Positions 1 to 8,737 of a DNA stretch of 64,000 nt are shown here, piece after piece. The notes below the pieces were generated by a model, which did not search any database, was not told the DNA's origin, and worked only from the letters and a program-made list of their open reading frames with translations. The stretch covers positions 31,278 through 95,277 of the forward strand of contig CAZWAK010000004.1 in assembly GCA_964631865.1 (NCBI GenBank). The letters run 5' to 3'. Position 1 is the stretch's first letter; the number at the start of each line of letters is the position of its first letter. The translations under genes and the position numbers were made by a program. This stretch comes from an uncultured Heliobacteriaceae bacterium (lineage in GTDB: Bacteria > Acidobacteriota > Blastocatellia > RBC074).

Positions 1-16
1 GCGGAAGGGAAGGTGA

Positions 17-45
17 GAGGTAGCGCGGCGTTGCCGTGCTACCTC
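17..45. repeat. GTAG...CTAC hairpin (REP-like or terminator) downstream of the CDGSH gene
   Basis: GAGGTAGCGCGGC-GTT-GCCGTGCTACCTC inverted repeat with one G-T pair. Confidence 0.5.
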
Positions 46-58
46 CCGGTCGCAGCCG

Positions 59-295
59 TCAGGCTGCCGGTTTGGGCGCAGGCGGGGGCAAGTCGCGGGC
101 TTCGACTGTAGATTTCCAGCCCTGCCGCGAATGCGAGCCATCGCAAAACGGTTTGTTTTCCGAATGACCGCAGCGGCAAAGCGAAATCGTGTTGCGACCG
201 CCGAGGCCAAAGACGTTGCCGGCCGCGTCTTTCAGTTCAATGTCGCCCGTAATGCGCAAGGGGCCATTGTTATTGCAAGTAATTTCCACTGACAT
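59..295 (-). CDS. CDGSH iron-sulfur domain protein
   Basis: CRCGHSENKPFCDGSH motif; AAGGAG RBS upstream. Confidence 0.93.
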   Translation of the reverse strand: MSVEITCNNNGPLRITGDIELKDAAGNVFGLGGRNTISLCRCGHSENKPFCDGSHSRQGWKSTVEARDLPPPAPKPAA

Positions 296-394
296 TTGTC
301 ATCTCTCCTTTTGCTGATTTGATAATCTCGGTTGCAAGCCACTGGCTTACGTGGAAGGTTTATAGCCGATGGGGGCAGAAAACACAAAACCACC

Positions 395-1858
395 TTAGGC
401 CTCTTTCTTGCGCGGTAATTTGAGCAGCATCGCCAATATTCCTGCGAGCAAAATACACACCGTCAGAAACCACATCCCGCTGGTGTAGGATTTGGTTTCG
501 CTACTTAATTGTCCCACGACCTGCGGGCCGAAATACCCGCCCAGATTGCCAAACGAATTGATGAGTCCAATCGCGGTGGCCGCCATTGCCGAGGTCATAA
601 ACGCCGTCGGCCACGTCCAGAAAACCGGCAGATACGCATGCACTCCAATGCCCACAAAACAGAAAAAGACTACGACCAGCACCAGGTTGCTGCCCGACAG
701 AATGCTCAGCGCCAGCGCCAGCGCCCCCAATAACATCGGCAACACCGTGTGCCAGCGGCGTTCACCGGTTTGATCGGAGTGTTTGGCATTCCACAACATC
801 GCCACCAACCCGCACACGTAGGGCAGCATGGCAATCAATGTTTGTTGGGTCTTGGAAAGCCCCGGCATGATGGCGGTGATCGAAGGGATGAAAAATTGCA
901 AGCCGTAATAGCCCGTCACAATGCAAATGTAAATCAGTGCCAGCAGGATCGTTTCTTTTTTGGCCAGCGCCTTTTTAATCTCCTGCCACATCGTCATGTG
1001 CCCGGCAGCTTGTTTCTCGCGCCGTTCACGTTCCAGTTCGTCGCTGATCCATTTCTTTTCATCTTCCGGCAGCCATTTTGCTTCGTGCGGCCAATCGGTC
1101 AAATAAAACAACACGACAAAGCCGAGAATGACTGAGGGAATGCCTTCGAGGATATAGACCCAGCGCCAGCCCGCAATGCCGCCCCAATTGACGCCATGCA
1201 TAATCCATTGCGAGAGCGGAAAGCCGATGATGGACGCAATCGGCAAGCCGATCATAAATTGCGACTTGGCCTTCGCGCGGTCGGCGTAGCGAAACCAATG
1301 CGAAAGATAAACAATAATGCCAGGAAAGAACCCCGCTTCCGCAATGCCGAGAATAAACCGCAGCACATAAAACTGCTGCACCTCGCACGAACAGTTTTGC
1401 ATATTGGGAGGTTTCCCACCCCACAACGCCGTAACCCAGCCCAGCACGGTCGTGAACGGACGAAACACCGCGCACCAATCCACCACACAGAGGAAATTCA
1501 AATAGGGCGTGCCAATCAATCCCATGATCGAGGCGACGATGCCCCACGAAATCATAATGCGCGCAATCCATTTGCGCGCGCTCCATTTTTCGACGATCAG
1601 CGTGCCCGGAATTTCGAGCAGAAAGTAGCCGATGAAGAAAATCCCCGCGCCGATGCCGATGATCGCGTCGTCAAAGCCCAAGCCGCCTTCGCCCGCCGCT
1701 TTCTTCATATCCAGCGCCGCGACGCCGACATTCGTGCGATCAATGTAGGCGAGGAAATACAGCAATAAGAGAAAGGGCATTAAGCGCCAGGTGATGCGCT
1801 TATGCGCACGCTCCGCCACGGATGAAAGTGATGCAGTTGATGGGACAGCTTGCTCCAT
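395..1858 (-). CDS. MFS transporter, anion:cation symporter (tartrate/phthalate-like) family
   Basis: LAYIDRTNVG, GAGIFFIGYFLLEIP, RFILGIAEAGFFPG, IGLINSFGNLGG motifs; many hydrophobic helices. Confidence 0.9.
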   Translation of the reverse strand: MEQAVPSTASLSSVAERAHKRITWRLMPFLLLLYFLAYIDRTNVGVAALDMKKAAGEGGLGFDDAIIGIGAGIFFIGYFLLEIPGTLIVEKWSARKWIARIMISWGIVASIMGLIGTPYLNFLCVVDWCAVFRPFTTVLGWVTALWGGKPPNMQNCSCEVQQFYVLRFILGIAEAGFFPGIIVYLSHWFRYADRAKAKSQFMIGLPIASIIGFPLSQWIMHGVNWGGIAGWRWVYILEGIPSVILGFVVLFYLTDWPHEAKWLPEDEKKWISDELERERREKQAAGHMTMWQEIKKALAKKETILLALIYICIVTGYYGLQFFIPSITAIMPGLSKTQQTLIAMLPYVCGLVAMLWNAKHSDQTGERRWHTVLPMLLGALALALSILSGSNLVLVVVFFCFVGIGVHAYLPVFWTWPTAFMTSAMAATAIGLINSFGNLGGYFGPQVVGQLSSETKSYTSGMWFLTVCILLAGILAMLLKLPRKKEA

Positions 1859-1999
1859 GTCTTTGAGTCTCCGGTTTCGTTTCAGTTTCGCTTCAGAAGT
1901 TGAAAATGCAGGATTGAAAACGCGTGGCTATGCTACCTGAGAAATGGTAAAAGACAAAGGCACAGCCCGCGTATGCGGGAGAAAAAAGAAGGCTCGCCA

Positions 2000-3436
2000 T
2001 CAAGCCAACAACTCTTTGACCACCAAGCCGTGAACATCGGTGAGGCGAAAATCGCGCCCGGCATAGCGATATGTCAGTCGTTCGTGATCGAAGCCCAGCA
2101 ACTGCAACAACGTCGCGTGCAAATCATGCACGTGAACCGGTTTTTCCTGCGCCGCAAATCCGAATTCATCCGACGCGCCATGCACATAGCCTTTCTTGAT
2201 GCCGCCGCCCGCAAGCCACATCGTGAAGCCGTGATTGTTGTGGTCGCGTCCCCACGTCGCTTCATCCGTGCCGCCCGATGCGCCCGTCAATTCGACAACC
2301 GGCGTGCGTCCGAACTCGCCGCCCCAAATCACCAACGTGTCATCGAGCATCCCGCGTTGCTTCAAATCCGTGAGCAGCGCGGCAATCGGCTTGTCCGTCG
2401 CGGTCGCCAATTGCCGATGACTCGTGACCAGGTATTCGTGACTGTCCCACGGTTGATCTTTGCCTTGCCAAATTTGCACAAAGCGCACGCCGCGTTCGAG
2501 CAACCGCCGCGCCATCAGCGTCTGCCGACCATACAACGTGTTGCCGTACATTTCTCGAATCTTCTCCGGCTCCTGGCTGACATCAAACGCATCGGTCGCT
2601 TCCGTCTGCATGCGAAACGCGAGTTCATAAGATTGGATCTGCGCTTCGATCAATGAATCTTCCTGCCGCTGCTTTTGATAGCGTTGGTTCAGCGCCGCGA
2701 GCAAATCGAGTTGTTTGCGCTGTTGCTCGCGCGAGGTAGATTGGTTTTTGATGTGCGAAATCAACCGCTCGACCTCAGTTTCTTTCGAGTCAATGTACGT
2801 GCCTTGATACACCGACGGCAGGAACCCGGCAGTCCAGTTTTGCGTCCCACTGACCGGATAGCCAAACGGACAAAGCACAATAAAACCGGGCAAATTTTGA
2901 TTCTCGGTGCCGAGTCCGTACGTCAACCACGAACCCAAACTCGGACGCACTTGTCGCTGATCGCCGCAATTCATCAGCAACAACGAAGGCTCGTGATTCG
3001 GCAATTCCGTGTGCATCGAACGAATGATGCAAAGGTCATCTACGTGCTCGGCAACGTGCGGATAGATTTCGCTGACTTCGATGCCGCTCTGCCCATACTT
3101 CTGAAACTTGTACGGCGAACCAAAGCCGACGCCCGTTTTGCGTTCGGTTTTGAGGTGAATCGGCAGCGGCTTGCCGTGATATTTCGTCAGCATCGGCTTC
3201 GGATCAAACGTATCCACCTGCGACGGCCCGCCGTTCATAAAAAAGTGAATCACGCGCTTCACCTTCGGCGCGAAATGCGGCGGTTTCGGTGCAAGCGGAT
3301 TCACGTAACCTTTGTCTTGGGCAAGCGCGGGTTGTAGTTGCGCCAACGCGAGCGCACCGAAGCCCATTCCGCAAGCCTGTAACAACTCGCGGCGAGTTAA
3401 GAAGCGTGACGATAGATCATTGTTTTTTTCTAGCAT
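2000..3436 (-). CDS. DUF1501 domain protein (sulfatase-like fold, Tat-like leader)
   Basis: TRRELL leader, FMNGGPSQVDTFDPKP, GGEFGRTP, GRDH motifs; lies downstream of the DUF1553 gene. Confidence 0.9.
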   Translation of the reverse strand: MLEKNNDLSSRFLTRRELLQACGMGFGALALAQLQPALAQDKGYVNPLAPKPPHFAPKVKRVIHFFMNGGPSQVDTFDPKPMLTKYHGKPLPIHLKTERKTGVGFGSPYKFQKYGQSGIEVSEIYPHVAEHVDDLCIIRSMHTELPNHEPSLLLMNCGDQRQVRPSLGSWLTYGLGTENQNLPGFIVLCPFGYPVSGTQNWTAGFLPSVYQGTYIDSKETEVERLISHIKNQSTSREQQRKQLDLLAALNQRYQKQRQEDSLIEAQIQSYELAFRMQTEATDAFDVSQEPEKIREMYGNTLYGRQTLMARRLLERGVRFVQIWQGKDQPWDSHEYLVTSHRQLATATDKPIAALLTDLKQRGMLDDTLVIWGGEFGRTPVVELTGASGGTDEATWGRDHNNHGFTMWLAGGGIKKGYVHGASDEFGFAAQEKPVHVHDLHATLLQLLGFDHERLTYRYAGRDFRLTDVHGLVVKELLA

Positions 3437-3869
3437 GACGTACCTCTATTTTTGACCGCTCCTCGGCTCGTTCTTTACGCAACTCTTCCACCCAGGAGGG
3501 CGGGCGACCTTCCAGTTGCTCCAGATACTCGGTCAGTAGCAAAAGCGGGGTGTAGGCGATTACGTCATCTTCTTCCCGATAACGAAACACCTTGTGAATA
3601 CAGCCGACTTGAATCGTATTTGGTTCCTCTTCGTAGCGAGGCGAAAATTCGAGCTTGCAATAAATCGAATGTTCCTGGCACGCCTCAAGCACCGCAGCAA
3701 TGATTGCGCCGTGACTGGCCGTGTTTGGTTTGACGGTGATCCATTGGTCGTAATATTTGACCTCGAAACAATCGCCTTCAAGATGATGACAACGTTGCGG
3801 TTCGACCTTCGCCCAATAGGTCAGGAGCGACTGCAAATCGTCTTCGTCCAATTCAAATTCATCAGCCAT
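3417..3869 (-). CDS. hypothetical acidic protein
   Basis: 150-aa ORF with an AAGGA-type RBS between the DUF1553 and DUF1501 genes, overlapping the latter. Confidence 0.65.
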   Translation of the reverse strand: MADEFELDEDDLQSLLTYWAKVEPQRCHHLEGDCFEVKYYDQWITVKPNTASHGAIIAAVLEACQEHSIYCKLEFSPRYEEEPNTIQVGCIHKVFRYREEDDVIAYTPLLLLTEYLEQLEGRPPSWVEELRKERAEERSKIEVRHARKKQ

Positions 3870-3896
3870 CTCATTCCTTCCAATCTGTGGCGTGGT

Positions 3897-6800
3897 TCAA
3901 TCAATAATCAAAAACTCCGCCGCCGCAAATAACACCTGTGCGTATCGTTCCCACGCATTCATCACATTCGCCGCCGGATTGCGAAAGTCGCGCATTGAAT
4001 TCCAATCCTCGTTGCTGCCATCCAATCGCTTGATCGTCACGTCCCATTTGAAGCTGTTGCCGGAACCGCCTTTGCTCGCGTCGGCAATAAAATCAAGGAT
4101 GTCGCCGCGCTGCACAACAATTTCTTTTACCGCCGTTTCAGTTTTCGTCGGCACGGCTGTCCAGTTGCCAACCTTGCCCGTGCGGCTTGAAACGAGGAGG
4201 CCTTGCACGCCTTCGCATTTGCGGCAACCGTTCTCGAAGGTTTGTGCGAGCGTGCCGGTGATGATCACACGCCCATCAAACGGCGCGACCCAGCGGCGCG
4301 TCAATGCTTTCGTTTTGCCTTCGTAGGTGAAGCCGCCTTTGCTGTTCAGCCACGCAACCGACTCGCGCGGATCGCCGGGGAGCGGCGAGTTGCGCCATTC
4401 GCCCTCGAGGAACCACGCGAACTGTGTGAAGGTTTTGACGCGCTCAGCCTTGTCGTCGTATTCGCCTTGCCCGTATTGCCAGTCATCGCATTTTGCGGAT
4501 TGCGGATTGCGGATTGCGGATTGCGGAATTGATGAGTTCGCAGATGACGCAGAAACTTTTGGTGCGTTCCCCGTCTCCCCCGTGGTTGAAATAAAATCAA
4601 GTCCTAGCGCGATTTCATCGGCATTCGGCGCGCGTCCGTACAACAAGCGATACATCTTCGTGATGCGCAAGCGCGGATTTTTCTCCGCCGCGATTTCAGA
4701 CCGTTGCAGCAAGGCTTTGGCTTGTTCGATGACGAACGGGCTGTTCATCAGCAACAACGCCTGTTGCGGCACAGTCGTCAAATATCGTTGCGGGCTGTGC
4801 GCGTCGGGGCTGGCAAAATCGAAGACGCGAAAATCGTTCGGCACGAGCGCGCGATCAATGAACGCATAAATCGTGCGCCGCAGCGAATACGGCCACGCGA
4901 TGGCGCTTGCCGGTAAGCCGCCCATCGTGCGCTCCAACTTGCCGCTCGTGAATAACAGCGAATCGCGCAATTCTTCAAAATCCAAGCGCCGCCGATTCAT
5001 CCGCCACAGCCATTTGTTTTCGGGATCGAGGGAGTTTGGATTGTGGAGTGCGGAGTGCGGAGTGTACGAAGACGACTGTTGATAGGCGCGCGACAGCATC
5101 AGCGTGCGATGGAGCTTTTTGATTGACCAGCCGTTCGCCATGAAATCATTTGCCAAATAATCCAGCAATTCGGGATGTGTTGGCGCGTCGCCGCGTGTGC
5201 CGAAATCGCTCGGCGTGCGCACTAAGCCGTGCCCGAAATGACGTGCCCACACGCGATTCACGAGCACGCGCGCGGTCAGCGGATTATTTTTATCCGCGAT
5301 GGCTTGGGCGAGTTCCAAGCGTCCGCTGCCCTGCGTGAAGCGTGGGCGCTTTTCTCCGGCGAGGATCAGCAGAAATTGCGGAGGCGCTTCATCGCCTTTA
5401 TTTTCGGGCTTGCCGCGCAGAAAGACGTGGCCGGGCTTCGGCTCAGGAACGTCTTCGAGAGCTTGCGCGCGCGGTGGTGCGCCGCGATAGGCTTGGCGCA
5501 AACGCAGGCTTTCGAGCGGGGTGCGTTTGCCGTCTTCGTTTTGCTTGTCCACCGAAACGCGCACGTGGTCGTAATCGCTGAACGGAAAGTTAAGCGGCGA
5601 ATCGGTGCCGTGCAGAATTTGTCGCAACGCCTCTTCGTTCGCATCCTTCAACGGTTCCGCTTTGTCGTATTTGGCGAGCAGCTTCCCGTACGTTTCCGAC
5701 AGGTCTGTCAGCGAACCCGGCGCGTCTTGGAAGGCTTGCGCGACGAGCGGATGCAACTTGCCTACATCAATCGCAGCCAATGTTGACGCGGCTTTCGTGG
5801 CAAATTCTTTTTCGGGCAGCGCGGTCAGCTTGTGCCAAATCGTCCAGACAGAATCTTCGCCTGCTTTCTGCAAATACGCGCGCCAACGTTTCAGCAGGTA
5901 AGCGTTGTAATCTTTTTCGCGCGCGAATTTTTCGATGTCTTCGTCTTTCGTTAGCGCGCGTGCCTCGTAGACGCTGCGCAAACTTTTCGCTACTTCGGGC
6001 GCACTGCGATACAACTCTTTGAGCTTGGGAAAACGGTTTTCGCGCAGCTTGGCGACTTCGGCTTCGACCTTTTTCTCTTCCGCTTTCATCTCGTCGTCCC
6101 ACTTCGTCAGATCGGCTTTCGGATCGAGCAGCGGCAAGGGTTTCGGCTCGCGCGAGTTATTGAAGATCGTGTAGAGCGCGTAATAATCCTTCGTCGGAAT
6201 TGGATCGAATTTGTGATTGTGGCAGCGCGCGCAACTCACCGTCAGCCCCAGCAACCCGCGCGTCACGACATCAATCTTGTCGTCAATCTTTTCGTGCAAG
6301 TTCACGCCCAAACCGCCACGACTCAACGTTACAAAACCGAGCGCCGCCAAATTGCGCGGATCGTTGTTCGGCAATTTGTCCGCCGCGAGTTGTTGCACGA
6401 TGTATTGTTCGTAGGGCAAGTCCTCATTGAACGCGCGAATGACCCAATCGCGGTACGTGTACGCATAGGGAAACCACCCTTGTGTATTGCGTCCGGCGTC
6501 CACCATGCCGAGCGTGTCCGAATAGCGCGCGACATCGAGCCAATGCCGTCCCCAACGTTCACCATACGCGGGCGAGGCGAGCAAACGATCTACAACCTTC
6601 GCAAACGCCGCGGGCGATTTGTCGGCGAGGAAGGCTGCGACTTCTTCGGGGGTGGGCGGCAAGCCCGTCAAATCGAACGTCGCGCGCCGCAACAACGTGC
6701 GTTTGTCGGCGGGCGCATTGAAGGTCAAATTGTTCGCTTCGAGTTTGGCGAGCAAAAAGGCATCTACGGCGTTGTTCGTTGGGCCTTTGACGGTGGGCGG

Positions 6801-7274
6801 CGCAGGATGGCGCACGGCTTGAAATGACCAGAAGGTTTGATGCTCCGGTTTGATGCGGTAGTCGTTTTTGACCGCAGCCGTCGCTGGCCAATGTGCGCCG
6901 TCTTTGATCCACTGCGACAGATCGGCGATTTCGTTGTCCTTGAGCTGCTTGCCGCCTTTCGGCATCTTCAGCGACTCATGCTTGACGGCTTGGATGAGCA
7001 GGCTTTTGTCAGGCTCTCCAACGATGATCGCTGCGCCGCGCTGGCCGCCTTTCAGCAAGGCTTCGCGCGAGTCTACGCGCAAGCCGCTTTTCGCCGCGTC
7101 GCTGTGGCAATCGTAGCAATTCGTCGCCAGCACAGGGCGAATGCGCGTCTCGAAAAATTCATCGCGCGCGTCGTATGTCGCAAAGGTCTTCAGCGAACCC
7201 AGCAAAATCAATAACGCACAAAAGCCCAGAATCAACGCGCCTAATTTGAGATAACGGCGAAGCATAGTGGCCAT
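3897..7274 (-). CDS. planctomycete-type cytochrome c / DUF1549 / DUF1553 (PSCyt1-PSCyt2-PSD1) protein
   Basis: CYDCH and CARCHNHKFDP heme motifs, YGERWGRHWLDVARY, NPLTARVLVNRVW, PTHPELLDYLA. Confidence 0.92.
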   Translation of the reverse strand: MATMLRRYLKLGALILGFCALLILLGSLKTFATYDARDEFFETRIRPVLATNCYDCHSDAAKSGLRVDSREALLKGGQRGAAIIVGEPDKSLLIQAVKHESLKMPKGGKQLKDNEIADLSQWIKDGAHWPATAAVKNDYRIKPEHQTFWSFQAVRHPAPPTVKGPTNNAVDAFLLAKLEANNLTFNAPADKRTLLRRATFDLTGLPPTPEEVAAFLADKSPAAFAKVVDRLLASPAYGERWGRHWLDVARYSDTLGMVDAGRNTQGWFPYAYTYRDWVIRAFNEDLPYEQYIVQQLAADKLPNNDPRNLAALGFVTLSRGGLGVNLHEKIDDKIDVVTRGLLGLTVSCARCHNHKFDPIPTKDYYALYTIFNNSREPKPLPLLDPKADLTKWDDEMKAEEKKVEAEVAKLRENRFPKLKELYRSAPEVAKSLRSVYEARALTKDEDIEKFAREKDYNAYLLKRWRAYLQKAGEDSVWTIWHKLTALPEKEFATKAASTLAAIDVGKLHPLVAQAFQDAPGSLTDLSETYGKLLAKYDKAEPLKDANEEALRQILHGTDSPLNFPFSDYDHVRVSVDKQNEDGKRTPLESLRLRQAYRGAPPRAQALEDVPEPKPGHVFLRGKPENKGDEAPPQFLLILAGEKRPRFTQGSGRLELAQAIADKNNPLTARVLVNRVWARHFGHGLVRTPSDFGTRGDAPTHPELLDYLANDFMANGWSIKKLHRTLMLSRAYQQSSSYTPHSALHNPNSLDPENKWLWRMNRRRLDFEELRDSLLFTSGKLERTMGGLPASAIAWPYSLRRTIYAFIDRALVPNDFRVFDFASPDAHSPQRYLTTVPQQALLLMNSPFVIEQAKALLQRSEIAAEKNPRLRITKMYRLLYGRAPNADEIALGLDFISTTGETGNAPKVSASSANSSIPQSAIRNPQSAKCDDWQYGQGEYDDKAERVKTFTQFAWFLEGEWRNSPLPGDPRESVAWLNSKGGFTYEGKTKALTRRWVAPFDGRVIITGTLAQTFENGCRKCEGVQGLLVSSRTGKVGNWTAVPTKTETAVKEIVVQRGDILDFIADASKGGSGNSFKWDVTIKRLDGSNEDWNSMRDFRNPAANVMNAWERYAQVLFAAAEFLIID
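4493..4586. repeat. composite in-frame repeat tract: (TTGCGGA)x5 plus two pairs of 9-mer units
   Basis: TTGCGGA x5 at 4493-4527; CGCAGATGA/CGCAGAAAC at 4539-4556; CCCCGTCTC/CCCCGTGGT at 4569-4586. Confidence 0.8.
5031..5064. repeat. degenerate heptamer tract (KTGYGGA) in frame in the DUF1553 gene
   Basis: GTTTGGA TTGTGGA GTGCGGA GTGCGGA; encodes TPHSALHNPNS. Confidence 0.65.
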
Positions 7275-7417
7275 CCTTCAGGAACGAACGAAATCGGAAC
7301 GGAAACGTGGGAGTCGCAGTGTAGCACTGACGGCCACGCTGCGACAAAATAAAATCCGCAGCAAGTTCTCACGCGAAACCCGCTGCTGCACAAAACGTGA
7401 GCGAGCGAAAAATCCGC

Positions 7418-8734
7418 TCAATAGCGCGTGCCTTGCCACAGCACTTGCACCAAGTCGGCACCGAAACGTTGGCGCTCCGCAGGCGTTGGTTGATGCCCCA
7501 GCTTCGGATGTTTGGTAATCATCTGCTCAATCAAAAACGCGGGCAATTGGCGGTCGTGCGACAAGCCTTGAATCACGGTCATTCTTCCCGGCTTGCCGAT
7601 GGTTGTGGAAGCTTCGGCCATATTTGGTTGACGTGTCGGCGCGAAGGTGGGGCGGGCGGAAAGCAACTGGAACAGGCGCTGCGTCAAGGCGGCATAACGA
7701 TTGTCGGGCGGCGCTTCGAGATATTCCGACGTTTCGGTGTTGTGCAGCGACAAGAACACATCCACACGCTGACCGCTGTCCACCCAATTGAGAATCGCGT
7801 TTCGTTGCGCCGCGATTTCCGGCATCTTCGTGGCGTCCACCGCATCCCAGTTGCGATTCAGGTCAAAGCCGTTCGCATTGAACCGCACGCCGCCGCGCGC
7901 CACGCCATCGGGATCACACAGCGGGAAGATTTTGAAGATGGCGGTTTGGCGGATGATTTCGGCTGCCGGTGTGTTCGCCAACAAAAAGCGAATTGCGCCG
8001 TCGCCCGCCCACGATGAACCGGCTTCCCAACTGTGCTGGCGAAACATCAGCCAGATCACTTTTTTCTCAACTGCGGGCACGCGCGCATCGGTGATCGTGA
8101 GCAACAACAGATCGCGGCCTTGCACCGACTTGCCGATGATTTGTTGCGCCAAGTGCGGATGTTTTTTGTATTCGTTCAGCAAGCGTTGCAGATGTTGATT
8201 CGTGTACGGCGGGACATGTGCGATCCAGAAACGATTTGTGCGCGGCGTGAGGTGCAGCCGCAAGAGCAGTGTGTCGGCTTGATATTCGACCCTTTCGAGC
8301 GGCTTCCAGTGTTGATTGTCTTCGCTGTACCAGGGCAGCGTGTCGCCCGTGACCGCGCCGCGATTCGGGTGATAGTTGTATTCGCCGGGCAAATCCACGA
8401 GATCAATCGTGAGAGCTTTGCCACGCGCGCCGTCCACGCGAAAGTAGTACCAATTCGCCTGCCGATTGCGCCCGTCCTGATCGCTTTCGCCTTTGACGCC
8501 GCAGCGAAAATGCGTTGCAGTAATTGGCTCAATCTTGCCGAGCGCGCCGCCTTCAAAATGGGTGGAGATGGAGATGGGTTTAGCGGCACTGGCAGACGAG
8601 GCGAAAAGGAAGAGAAAACAGATTTTCACCGCAGAGACGCAAAGATTCCGCCGAGGCTCGCAGAGACTTTTTTTAGGATTTCTCTGCGAAACTCTGCGCT
8701 GTCTCTGCGTCTCTGCGGTGAAAAATCGCTTCAC
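7418..8734 (-). CDS. M14 zinc carboxypeptidase family protein (secreted)
   Basis: RQHSWE (HxxE), PDGVARG, DLNRNW, LSLH motifs; signal peptide interrupted by a palindrome. Confidence 0.85.
   Translation of the reverse strand: MKRFFTAETQRQRRVSQRNPKKSLCEPRRNLCVSAVKICFLFLFASSASAAKPISISTHFEGGALGKIEPITATHFRCGVKGESDQDGRNRQANWYYFRVDGARGKALTIDLVDLPGEYNYHPNRGAVTGDTLPWYSEDNQHWKPLERVEYQADTLLLRLHLTPRTNRFWIAHVPPYTNQHLQRLLNEYKKHPHLAQQIIGKSVQGRDLLLLTITDARVPAVEKKVIWLMFRQHSWEAGSSWAGDGAIRFLLANTPAAEIIRQTAIFKIFPLCDPDGVARGGVRFNANGFDLNRNWDAVDATKMPEIAAQRNAILNWVDSGQRVDVFLSLHNTETSEYLEAPPDNRYAALTQRLFQLLSARPTFAPTRQPNMAEASTTIGKPGRMTVIQGLSHDRQLPAFLIEQMITKHPKLGHQPTPAERQRFGADLVQVLWQGTRY
8623..8724. repeat. 102-bp palindromic element with CGCAGAG/CTCTGCG repeat arms
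   Basis: perfect 19-bp terminal inverted repeat TTTTCACCGCAGAGACGCA / TGCGTCTCTGCGGTGAAAA; internal CTCTGCG units. Confidence 0.9.
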
Positions 8735-8737
8735 AAT

